Positions 50,560 to 62,548 of a stretch of DNA of 63,805 nt are shown here, piece by piece. Where the stretch lies: assembly GCF_001194135.2 (NCBI RefSeq), contig NC_068994.1:23704372-23768176 (forward strand). The letters run 5' to 3'. How positions within the stretch are numbered: position 1 is the stretch's first letter; each line of letters starts with the position of its first letter. This stretch comes from Octopus bimaculoides. Taxonomy: Eukaryota. The notes below the pieces were generated by a model. The model made no database searches and was not told where the DNA came from. It worked only from the letters and a program-made list of their open reading frames with translations. A program made the translations under genes and the position numbers.

Positions 50560-50701
50560 TTGGTTTACACTCTCTCTCTCTCTCTTACACATTTAGAATG
50601 TAGAGATAAAAGATAGAATCAGCAAGGGATCCTCTCTCAACGTGATCGTTCAACTTTCCAGAAATAATAGCCAATTGTCTCTCAGATCATAGGCTGATGA
50701 T

Positions 50702-50735
<34 letters not shown>

Positions 50736-51601
50736 TGAAACATCTGTATCCAGCACCACACGCTGGTGCCGTCATCCTCCGACACATTTCCAGGTAAGTT
50801 TGATAACTGATGTTTGTTGGCTAGTAACAAGCTAAGCTCTAATTGGACAGATCTCATAGAACGCTTTCCAAACGTGACCATCTCAACATTCTCTTGCTCA
50901 TTGCATATTCAAGATAACCTTATCAAATGCATCTTTCTATTTTAGCAAAAAGAAAGAAAAAAAGAAAAAAATGTGAAAATTGAAGGTGCTTTTGCTTTTA
51001 TTTTAATCAGTACAAATCGAAATTGTTGGCTGCATCAGTGATGTTTAGGTTAGGTTGATGGGATTTTAATCAAATATTAAGACTAGTAAATATAATTAAT
51101 TATAAGAAACAATTATTGTTTTTTTTTACTATTTTTCTTATTTAGTTAATTTTTTGTTTAATTAAATTACTTTAGAACTTGAATATACTTTTGTTACTTT
51201 TTATCTTGTTGCTTACTCCCAGTTCAGCCTTAATTCAGCTGACTCATCAAAAATGTTTACAACCGTGACCATCTCGCCTTTCGTGCACAATCGTTTTATA
51301 CGATAACGTATGATTTGAGATTTGACTACTGTTTCTAGCACAACGAGTGTCTACGTAGAGACTCTAGGTTTGCATTGATCGAGCAGAGCTACGAGTGAAG
51401 TCCTTCTTGACGTGACCCTCCCGTATTTTATTCATATTTTTTTTTAATGCAGTAGAGAATGATTTCAGAAAAATCCTGCTGCAATTTTTAGCAGGTTTAA
51501 ATAACCACTCAATAACCCCTTCATGATGTCCCATTTGATAGGGCGAACTAGCAGATTAGCTATCAGAACTTTTAACTCATTGCAAACTTGGCAATACTTA
51601 C

Positions 51602-51701
51602 TCCACATTGCAGTGAGAAATGGAATAAGAAAACTTCGCCTACATCTGTCAGACAAGAAAATTCTGCTCCAGTCTGTTGTCTGCCGCAGCACGCGACGCG
51701 T
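51602..51701 (-). CDS. 100-nt coding exon following the giant exon: (R)RVACCGRQQTGAEFSCLTDVGEVFLFHFSLQCG
   Basis: Acceptor TTAGTTTCAG|, donor GGA|GTAAGT. Open in the phase-2 frame required by the giant exon; ends in phase 0. GC/CpG-richer than its flanks. Intron of 1353 nt. Confidence 0.7.
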
Positions 51702-52372
51702 CTGAAACTAATCGACCTGTTTACATATGTCTCTAGTTGTCTGCCCTGTAGCTCCTTTTTTTTTCAAACACAAACAAAGATGTAAATACAAGGTTAAGTG
51801 TTTTATTTTGTTTTCATCTACATTTGATGACTAAGCTTGAACGTCACACATGTGCGACACCAGCTTAGTGTCGCCGAGCATTTTTTTAGATGGATAAAAT
51901 GTAAGAGGAAACAGGAAGTAGCGGCACAGTTCATTTAGATACAAACATTACTCTGTGCGTGTGCGAATGTGTGGGTTGTGGGGATGTATATTCTATATTA
52001 TTATATATTACGTTAATATCATATTATTTATTATATCATATTGTATATATTACGTTAATATTATATTATGTTAAATTTATATTCAATATTTTAAAGGTTA
52101 CTGTAACTCTGACTTTAAATTTGCTGAACACTTTTTTACGATTTGCAGGGACCTTAGCCGTATGACTAAGAATACCTGTGCTATTTAGAAACGCTCACGC
52201 GCACACGCACGCATCTATCTGGGTATGTATATATATATGTGTGTGTGTGTGCGTGTGTGATTGTCTGTTTATGCATGTGTGTGTGTACATGCCCGCCTGT
52301 GTGTGCATGCGCGCACACGCGTGTGTATGAGTGTGAAGATGTACCAAGTTATACAGAAATACATATAAAGTG

Positions 52373-52430
<58 letters not shown>

Positions 52431-52717
52431 GGGTAGGCGTCTGCGGGTCACCCCAACTTATAACAACATTAACAGAATAAATATTTTCACTTAGGTTGTC
52501 TTTATTTTTAATGTGTTGCATTGATACTTTTATTTTAACTTGTGTCATTGTACGGAACTAGTATGACAATTACTGACCAAAACGTAACCCTCGTAGTATC
52601 TCTCACCATCTCTCGCTCGCTCGACCTTTCGATTCTTCAGCCTACCTACCCGTTTGTTCTTACTCTGCCTTGCATTCCACATACTAACATACTGACAAAC
52701 ATACTCGCGCACGCACG

Positions 52718-52764
<47 letters not shown>

Positions 52765-52832
52765 CTGCATGCATTACATTTACTGTTTATTCTATATTGA
52801 CATAAGATTCTGTGTGTATGTGTGTGCGTGCG

Positions 52833-52863
<31 letters not shown>

Positions 52864-53054
52864 CTGTGCGTGTGTGTGTGTGTGGTACACGTGTGTGTAC
52901 ATGTAATAATATAAAGTACAAAGTAGTAGTTTCAAAACATAAAGTAAAATTCTGAAAGATAAAGTTGAAATTAAACACATGGCACACACATCGAAGAAAA
53001 CAGCTCAAATAAGAAATTGTAACCTTAACTGTGGCATTTCTGCTTCTTATTTAC

Positions 53055-53236
53055 CTGAAATTCTTCTCTGTTCCTCCAAGACGAAATGATAAAAACCCAA
53101 ACGACCTGTCTCGCCGATTATGAAAGTTTACAGGTGGATCCATTACTCGTGTTCGTCGTTGGGGCTTTCGGGACGATGACATCTTTTTGGAATCGCTATA
53201 GGCGCTTTGCCAGTTATCGTTGCAAAATCTGTTTGG

Positions 53237-53295
<59 letters not shown>

Positions 53296-56200
53296 TTGTT
53301 TTCATTCGTCTTCCATGGCTACACAAGGGAGTAGATCCGTCATCCCCGGCTTCTATTTGACGGTTTGTTTTGAGTAGATCCCCAGCAGAAAGCGTAGCTG
53401 TAGACGCAATGTTAGTAGCTGCTGCTACAGTTGTGGTAGTGTTAGACAACGGGGCATTTAATCTGTTTGTGTCAACGTTGTTAAACCGTAAACATGATTG
53501 CCGCGTCGGGTGTAAACATTGATGAGAGCAAGTGCAGAGATGCTGAGAGGAAGGTAACGGAAGAGGAGGGGGAGGATATGGTGGGGGAGGAGGATATGCA
53601 TATACATTAGAATAATTTTGATGATCTGATGTAATTAAAGGTGTCTCTTGAAGTTGTAAAGGAGCTGAACTAATTCGTCGACTACTTCTAGCAACGTGGT
53701 CAGCCTTAGAGACTGTCTTTGGCAAAACAATATTTGGTATGGCTTCATTGGATTCCTTCGTTCGGTAAGTTGCTAAGGCTGAGGCATTCCCTGCGTGACT
53801 TACGCCCTGACTCTTAGCTACGTGGGTTACAGGCCAGCTATCATTGTGAAAGTTCTGACAAGAGTTGTATGCTACAGTAGTAGGTAAGTGACTGGAGCTG
53901 TTGTCAGGATGGAAAACCTGGTATGCTGTTCTGTTGCTATAGTGCACATCGCCTTGGTTTGTTGTGATTTTACCGGAACATGGTTGAATAGTTTCTTGTA
54001 GTTTTTCCTTGTTTTCAGCATAGGCTTCAGTTCGTCTGGCTGATGTAGCAGCGGCTAAAGTGGTGGTTGCTAATGCAGATGCTGCTAAAACTGTTACCGC
54101 TCTCGATGATGTGCCAGCTGTTGAACTAACCGACGCTACTTGACTAATTGTCGAAGATGTAGTTTCAGTTTGGGACGAAGCCTCTGTGCAGTTCACTGGT
54201 TTTGTAACAGCTATTTTCGACGAAACTGTATGTTTCGAATCTGCTACATTAAAATGATAGCTACTTGTGTAGTTGTCCCGATAGTTCGAGTCTCCGCGGT
54301 CAGTGCTGTTACTAATATAATACGGATATATCGGAATAGTTTCCAGACCGTCGGCAGTATAAACAGTACAAACTAATGGGTAATTACTTTGCTCTGCTGT
54401 CTTTCGGCTATTTTGATCTGGTTGATTGTGTTGACATTTATCCTCACTGAGATTATTCTTAGTTTTCTTTAATTCCGGTGACTTATACCTCGGATTTCGG
54501 ACATCACTCGTATCTCGAGTGGAACTTAAATTCTGGCCACTATCAAAGTTCCAGGACTGCTTCATTGAATCGGTACCATCAGTGGATGTGACTGATTTTG
54601 CCCCTTGCTGCCTCTCCCGAGAGTATACATTTGTATAATCAGTTCCATTGTTACTGATGTTGAATCTCCTGTTGTTAATACTATTAAAATCTCTTTGTTC
54701 TATATCTGTTTTATTAAACGCTCCAGGCTCAAAATAAACACCATCTTGTCCTCTGATACAACTCGATGCTAACTCCCTGTTTGACGATGCTGATGATCGT
54801 AAACATGACGTGTTTTGTTGCAGAATTAGTTGTTTTTGTTGATATTTATGTTGCTGTGTTTTTTTAATTGTCTGTTGGTAACCTCCTCCGATAGTCTGCT
54901 GAGTGGTAACATTAGTAACAAGTGGTTGACATAATTGTGTTGTCGCTGGAGTTTGCGCATATTGTTTTTGAATTACATTCCTATTCTCTTCTAACCTTTT
55001 GTTTTCCCTTCTCTCCGCTCCTCGTGTTGGTTTCGTTGCAGTTGCAACAATTTCTGCTTGCGCATAGCTTCCACTGCCAGCGACATCAATAGCTCCATGC
55101 AAGTCAACCGTGCTACTGTCAACAATAGACACATCACTTCTCCTTTCGCTGTCGTTAGAAGCGTGAAGTAGAGCCGCTTTGCAGAGGCTGTCGTTGCCAG
55201 ATTGTGATCTGTGTATTAGCTTATATGTCCTATTGACTGACTGTTGGCAGTGGGTGTTGCTACCGTCGTAATAGTGGCATTTCCCATCTGCGGTACCGGC
55301 ACTTCTGCTACTAGCTGAGACATTAATGACACTAGCAGAACCTTTGCTATTCAGGTTAATAATTTCACTTGCACCGCTGCTACGATTAGTAGATGATACG
55401 GCTGGATCTGTAAGTGAAGATACCCGATCTTTTGTATAGGCATTGTCAATAATATGTATTGTAGTATCAGTGGTAACAGAAGACGTACTTGTAATGGATT
55501 TTATACTGTTTTCTGAAGGAGGCAACACATTCTTAGGTAGTGAAGAAACAACTGTTGTATTAGTTGTCAATGTCGTCCCTGTACAAGCATTATCACTTTT
55601 AAGTTTGCAACCACTCATACTAGTCGCATTAGTGTAGACCGGCGAATTTATCGGTGCTTGTCGTTCCCTTTCTCTACCAGTTTTAGTTTGGGAAACAAAC
55701 GTATTTGCGTACCTGTCCCCACTTCTAGAAACACCAGCACCAATACTCATTGATTTTTTCAAATCTACTCGTTTATTTCTATAAAATCCTTCGGCTGACG
55801 ACGATCTTTGAGTAAGGATGGGTATTCGAGATGGTTTACTGTTCGATTGAAAGAACTTACTACTTTGCTTGTCAGAATACTCTTCAGTCTTTTCATTTTT
55901 CTTTTCTTTATTTTCAAATGATTTGTCAAGAGGTTCTTCGTTTTGGAATTCACTTTGATGTTTCATTTGAAAACATTTTTGTGATTCAAGTGTTTCACCG
56001 TGAAAATCTAATTTTTCGTTTTCTTTCTCAACTATACCCTTTTCTCGGTTCATTATTACATTTGGAAAGGTTGATATCAGTGATTGTGATGATGTAACAT
56101 TTAGAGGGTTCAACGAAGACCCAACTGAGCTTGCTAAATATTTGTATTTTGTATTTGACTGTTGTTCCTTCATTGTTGATGTTAAAGCTTTACTTAGAGG

Positions 56201-57925
56201 AATTCCAGACACCTGCTTGTTTGATTTAGAGTTTTCATGAACGTACGCAAGCGCATATAATGGAGAAGATCCTTGTGTAGTTGACAAAGTAGATGATTTT
56301 GAGGAGTTTGGGTTTGCGATAAATTTATCCTGAGAAATAGCTATATTTTGAAATTGTCCGACGTCTTGGGTTGATCTGAGAGGAGGAGGTGTTTTTAGGT
56401 GCATTGTTTTGGGTAACAAAAGCTCGGATGTTATTTTGTTTTCCTTTAGCCATTGTTCTTTTAGCGATGTTCTTTTATCTGCCGGGTCTTGTATTTCGTA
56501 CTGTAAACTTTCTTTATTGTCAGTTTGTTTGCGGTTATCGCACAACAACCACAACGAGCTTGAAGGAACTCTCGGCCCTGTACTAGTATTAATATTTCTA
56601 CAGTTATGTTCCTTCTCGTAACATCGATTATGTGTAGCACATCGAGTGCATGAAGAAATTTCTTCGAAATGAGAACATCCAGCATCATCCCAACTCTCTT
56701 CTCTTTTAATCGTGCTCTCGGATTTGTGAACCGCTTCCCTCCTATCAAATGGCGTTACAGTCGGGAGCTCTATTGCTTGTATTGCAGATATCATTTCTGT
56801 TACAGATCTTATGGCAGTATTTCTAAGAGTTTGATCTATATCACCTTTTGTTCTTTTATGAAAGCCACTTTCTGAAGCAGTTGCCGAACTCTCGTCTGTG
56901 TCTGTGCCGTCACTGCTATTCGATCCTTCACTTTTGCTACGTTTTGGTTTCCTTTTTTTAAAATACCAACTACTTTCATTATCCTCTTTTTTCTTCTTAC
57001 CAAACTTTTTCTTTTTCTCATCTTTCTGACTCGAACGAGTTGCTCCAAGCCCTAACCCAAGTAAACCAAGATTGAAACTATTACTCAGTCGATTTAAAGT
57101 TCCTTTCTGTTGGCGGCCCGAACTTTCAAAGCCTTCACTTTCATCGCTTCCCTCATTGCTACTCCCCAAATGTCCAATATAACGATTGATCTTTTTACGC
57201 TTTCCTGAGCCAGGCATACAGCCACTACTAAATTTTTTTTTATCATCATTACGATCAACATCACCATCATCATCGCCAACATAATTATTATCTGTACTAT
57301 TGCTTTTCTGTATTTTATCCTTTTCTTTTTGAGTGTTACATCGTTGCAGACTGCCACCTTTTAATTTGCTTTTATTAAACTTGAATGCACCTCTTCTATC
57401 AAGAACTCTCTTCTGGTGGCCTTCTTCTAGACTGTTACTTTTATTAAAAATTCCTTTGTGACTTTCAGACTCAGTCTTACACTGGTTTTGTTCCGATGTT
57501 TCATTTTCTGTAACATATTCTGGCTCTTGATCAGCTGAGTACCAACGTCTTGTCTTTTGCTTAAATTTCAAATTAATATCTTCTTTGTCCACTTTTTTCG
57601 CTTTTTTATCCATTTCTTTAAAATGTTTTGAGGCGTTCAGACTGTAACCGATCCCACCATTTTCGAGGGGACGATACAGGCTCAAACTAGTAGGTTTTGC
57701 TATGGGTTTCAGGGCAGTGCCAGTCCTGGTCTGAATAGAAGTACTGGCTTCAGACAAAGAAGTTGATACAGAAGGTAATTGTTTTACATTTGAAACATTT
57801 TGTAACGACGATTTTCTCAATTTTTCTGTACAAGCAGATGAAACTACACTACTAGACTGTCTTGATGTTGCCAATGGGGCACTAGTAGAACTTTCAGTAG
57901 TCACCGCTGTTGATGATGCTTTTAA

Positions 57926-57956
<31 letters not shown>

Positions 57957-58116
57957 AGTGAGTCTTTTGTTGGTGGTGTTGCAAGGGGTGGTGGACTGAC
58001 AGTTATATGTGGGGGTGTATCATGTGATGGAGAGGCTGGAAATGTTGGATTTGTTGAGATATTTTGGATCTTCTTAGGGTGTGAGTCTGCCATTTTCACT
58101 CGGTACTGAAGTGTTA
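53055..58116 (-). CDS. Giant coding exon (~5.06 kb) of an unidentified gene; long low-complexity, probably disordered region
   Basis: Uninterrupted 1682-codon ORF in AT-rich DNA. The ORF-track start at 58099 is GTG; the first ATG is 58093 (aaaATGg). The TAA at 53053-53051 lies inside the donor TTCAG|GTAAAT, so the exon ends at 53055 in phase 2. Candidate acceptors: TTGCTCAG| (start 58116, phase 1) or CTTCAG| (start 58105, phase 0). Confidence 0.88.
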
Positions 58117-58296
58117 CTGAGCAAATATCATTATGATCTGTCCTTAATTTTCATAGCAACAGTGAAGTGAATTAAATAATTAGATAAAATCGAAAATTAT
58201 CTATTTACCTATCTATTCTGAGTGTATTATATATCATGTGCATGTTTGTGGTATCATATTATATTATATATAGTCTATGCATTGTGTACATTCATG

Positions 58297-58388
<92 letters not shown>

Positions 58389-58404
58389 TAATAATAATTA
58401 TGAT

Positions 58405-58610
58405 AATAATATTAGGGATAAAAGTCCAAATTTACAGGTAAAAATTCAATTTAATTTAATTTATCAAAATTAAAATTAAATTAAATTTCACAATATATAA
58501 TATATAATTTAGAGAAAAAAACCCACAATTCTTGAATTCATCCATGAAAATCCACTGTCACATTTCGAAAAATTTAATAAGTAAATACACTAAAAGACCT
58601 ATAATATATA
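58405..58610 (+). repeat. Dispersed AT-rich repeat homologous to the 16.6-17.0 kb palindrome unit
   Basis: TAGGGA.AAAA..CCAAA.TTACAGGTAAAA and GATGAAAATCCACT.TCACA are shared with the reverse complement of 16750-16982. Confidence 0.7.
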
Positions 58611-58654
58611 TATTCAATGAAGTGAATGAATTGCAGTAGGCAATGAATTGTAGT

Positions 58655-58882
58655 AGGCAAGCTGGCAGAATCGTTAGCACGACGGGCAGACTGTTTAGCG
58701 GTATTTCGTCAGCCGCTACGTTCTGAGTTCAAATTCCGCCAAGGTCGACTTTGCCTTTCATCCTTTCGGGGTCGATAAATTAAGTACCAGTTACGCACTG
58801 GGGTTGATGTAATCGACTTGATCCCTTTGTCTGTCCTTGTTTGTTCCTTCTATGTTTAGCCCCTTGTGGGCAATAAAGAATT
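58655..58882 (+). mobile_element. SINE family A
   Basis: Near-consensus copy in the intron upstream of the giant exon. Confidence 0.85.
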
Positions 58883-59869
58883 AGAATTGGAAGTGAATGA
58901 ATTGTAGTAGCAGCAGCAGCAGTAGTATGGATTACTTGAACAATTAGTACAAACGAGGGATAAAAGAATTAATCACGTCTATACTTTTCCAAATGGCTTT
59001 AGTGACATAATAGATCGCTAAATTGACAATATTAAAGTCTTGTTTTAGTTAACAATATATAAACTCGCGTTATTGTTGTTTAACCAACTCAGCTATCTTT
59101 CTTTATAATTCTCTTTTCAGTAGTGTATTTTGTGTATCTTTCTTTTTATAACACAGCACTGTGTGTGATTTGGTGGGATTGCTACTTTTAGCAAGTCGAA
59201 TAAGCTTAGAAGAGGATCTCTCGTTGGCTCAATAAAATACTTTGCGATTTCTTTACCTTTAAAAAAAAAAAAATCATAAACAACTCGTTACTTTAAAATC
59301 TATATTTATGCGTTTTTCTTGGCAGTGTTCATAAGTGTTTGTTATTGTTATCTAGTGTTCGCCAGAGTTTATTAGAGTTCACTAGCATTCAGTAATGTTT
59401 ACTAGTATTCATTCATATGTCTACTGAAATGGCATTATTATTACTACAATCCTTTGTACACATGTGCTATTTCGTTTGTTGTTGTTTTCGTTGTAGTTGA
59501 TGAATGTTGTTCTTTAATTCTGCCGCTGGTCAACTTTATTCAAACACACCTATGATCAATGACTCATCTGCCGTCACCATCCTGGCTACTTAGGGTTATT
59601 TAGAACTCGGTTATCTAAGTGTGCCTTATTTTTGTTTTTGTGATTTGAGAATGATTTGGTTACTATATCTAGCAAATGAAGCACCTGTGTAAAGGATCCT
59701 TTCTTGGCTCATTGCTTTTCAATTTTTAAAATGTTTTTTTTTTTTTGTTTTCTTTTTGAGGTGGAAGAGGAATATGTGTGCATCAAGTAAACATATAATC
59801 AATGAGTTCAGTGGCGTACAACGGCAACGGCACGTGTATTTTGTTTTGTAGTGTTCATGAACTAACAGT

Positions 59870-59901
<32 letters not shown>

Positions 59902-60125
59902 GAAGATGATGAAGGGGAGGTGGAGGAGGAGGAGAAGGAGAAGACAACAATAATGATGACAATGATGGGGATAATGATGGCGACGATTATGATAAAACAA
60001 CTTCTTAAAGCTAACAGGAATGTGTTAGTTGTCAAGTTAAATTAAACGATATTAACAACAGTAAGCAAGGGGTGATAATTCTGGAATAAGATAAAGCGAT
60101 AAAGTTTAATTCAATTAAGTCTTAC

Positions 60126-60285
60126 TGATTTGCATCCGTCCACTACGATTGGCTCCATTTGTGTTACAATAAAGTTCATATAAGGTGCGCATTTTGAGAT
60201 TGTTTTCGTTGTTGTTGGATTTGCTCAACATTTGCATATATTCCATAGGCTGCGATTAATGTATTTTATGTGTAGGCCCAAGCAT
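60126..60285 (-). CDS. Candidate upstream exon, ATG at 60246: MEYMQMLSKSNNNENNLKMRTLYELYCNTNGANRSGRMQI
   Basis: Acceptor TTTGTCTTCGTATTTGTGTGCCACAG|, donor ATCA|GTAAGA. 40 open codons plus 1 nt (phase 1) splice in frame to the acceptor at 58116. Confidence 0.45.
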
Positions 60286-61571
60286 CTGTGGCACACAAAT
60301 ACGAAGACAAATTACAACTCGTCTCTCAAGTGCCTCTCGGCTGTTTTTTCCGGACGTGTGACTTGAAATTATCCTAAATAATGTAGAGGGAAATCCACAG
60401 ACGAGGAGAGAAATCCACAGACATTCACAGGCATCATGAAACCTTAGGACGTTGTTGATATATGGCTATATATATACGAGATATAGTATATAAGAGAGAA
60501 AAAGATTGCCGCACATATTTTCCCCATAGCTTGACAAACAAACTGACAGATAGATAAATCGATAGAGCTTTGAAAAACTAGAACATTAAAAAATATTGTT
60601 AAAAAGCATTTATGGTTATGAAAAGAAGTTTTGAAAAGCAGTAGAAGTGTTATATTAATGGAAGAAGAAAGTGAAAGCTGAGATGGAAGATGATATTGAT
60701 TAGGTTTAGGAAGTAAATATAATTAACTAAAAGATATATTGAACATATGTTTGAGAGTGGTGGAATGTAAGTAGATAAAAAGTCGGGTAAAAGAAGAATA
60801 TGAGGTAAAGTGTCAAAGATATGATGATCATTGTATTAATTTCCTTTACTGAATTTCTATAGAAAAATATAGATCTGAATACGACGAAGTAAAATGGTAG
60901 ATTTGCGGAAACATTTTAAATAAAATTTTTAAATCTTAAAAGAAATTGTTGATAAAAGACTAAATGCAACAAAGCTGCTGAAAATAGAGTGCATGTTAAA
61001 AGGTTTGGGGAAGACTATGGCATACATTTAAGACCAATGAATATTATTCATAATATTTACACTGCAATGAATGCATAACTAAGAAAGTAGAGGGAAGTCC
61101 AAAAGTGATCAATCAGAAAAGAGAGCTGTGTAAGAGAATAATGATTGCATACTGATTGTGGGAATTCTCATTGTTCTAGTTGCAACTACAAATTTTAAAT
61201 CAGCTGTAGACAATTCTAACATCAATTTAAGCATGAAAAGTTAAGAAAATGGTATATCTATGCAAACAAACAAGTATTTATGGAGAAAATATATTTTATC
61301 AAAACGGGACATACTTCAAAATGAAATACTGGCTGAAGGCCTTCGAATTTTATTTTACATACAATTTAACGATTTTTTGACAAAGTAGCTAAAGCGAATT
61401 TATGGATTCACGTGTTGCCAGTAAATAAGAACAGAGAGAAGAACAGGTGGCTTAAAATATTGAAACAACCAGAAAGACAAGCTGGAAGACTACAGATAAG
61501 GCTACACATAAACAGGTACCCCCTTCCAATAAAAAAAGTTCACATCTCGCTAATTAAAGAAAATAAATGTA

Positions 61572-61649
61572 CAGGGTGATTAAAAAGCCCCTTTAGCATT
61601 TTAATTTTATACATCATTTACATGCTGAAGGAACCTCCGAATCATCCTG
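61572..61649. mobile_element. 78-bp mariner-type mini-MITE
   Basis: TA|CAGGGTGATT ... AATCATCCTG|TA, 9/10 TIR match. Confidence 0.55.
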
Positions 61650-61993
61650 TATATTATAGTTTAAAATGCTTTCTAACCTTTATTTGGTAAAGCAAACAAT
61701 ACCCATTCTCGATAGTGTGTATCAACCCCAATCAGTATAAGTCGCTATTATAACAACTCAATACTGTGGTGCTTTGTAGTTTACAAGAGGAGAGGGAGGA
61801 GGCAGAAGACGAGAATGGGAATTGGAGGCCGATTACGATGATGATGACTACAATGAAGATTGCACTAACAACAGCGTTGATGATGCTGGTGATCACGATG
61901 GTAATAAAAATGTAACTTTCCAACGTAAAGATTTGCGATTGTTGTTTGACCACAGGTCATCCCTCATTGAACAGAACCATTATTAAAACTCTC

Positions 61994-62548
61994 GGCTGTG
62001 TGGTAAGTAGCTTGCTTACCAACAACATAGTCCCGGGTTCAGTCCCACTGCGTGGCATCTTGGGCAAGTGCCTTCTACTATAACCTCGGGCCGACCAAAG
62101 CCTTGTGAGTGGATTTGGTAGACGGAAACTGAAAGAAGCCCGTCATATATATGTATATATATNNNNNNNNNNNNNNNNNNNNNNNNNNNNNNNNNNNNNN
62201 NNNNNNNNNNNNNNNNNNNNNNNNNNNNNNNNNNNNNNNNNNNNNNNNNNNNNNNNNNNNNNNNNNNNNNNNNNNNNNNNNNNNNNNNNNNNNNTATATA
62301 TATATGTATGTATGTGTGTATGTATTTGTGTGTCTGTGTTTGTCCCCCCAACATCGCTTGACAACCGATGCTGGTGTGTTTATGTCCCCGTAACTTAGCG
62401 GTTCGGCATAAGAGACCGATAGAATAAGTACTAGGCTTCCAAAGAATAAGTACTGGGGTCGATTTGCTCGACTAAAGGCGGTGCTCCAGCATGGCCACAG
62501 TCAAAAGACTGAAACAAGTAAAAGAGTAAAAGAGTAAAGAGTAAGAGT
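61994..62548 (+). mobile_element. SINE family B with an N-gap in its internal microsatellite
   Basis: Near-consensus, full length. Confidence 0.9.

Noticed and set aside
2532-50700. Other CTGANGA hits (about 2532, 8728, 11247, 28982, 37768, 50693)
   Set aside because: None has a stem II followed by GAAA and UH, so they are not hammerheads.
50899-50938. Strong minus-strand polypyrimidine acceptor 660 bp after the small exon
   Set aside because: All three frames stop within 13 codons and no good donor precedes the stops. It could only be a short terminal exon (KDAFDKVILNMQ*), for which I have no support.
46850-53008. Many short ORFs rich in YI, CV, HT or ER dipeptides
   Set aside because: These are translations of (AT)n, (GT)n, (CA)n and (GA)n microsatellites.
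58097-58099. ORF-track start codon of the 1682-aa ORF
   Set aside because: It is GTG. The first ATG is 58093, or the frame is entered by splicing at 58116 or 58105.
3991-58882. CRISPR-like array suggested by the recurring GTCGAT...ATCGAC repeats
   Set aside because: The repeats are dispersed, diverged SINE interiors with no regular spacers and no cas genes; the context is eukaryotic.
60560-61300. Purine-skewed stretch that may be decayed transposon coding sequence
   Set aside because: No recognisable motif in any frame I read.
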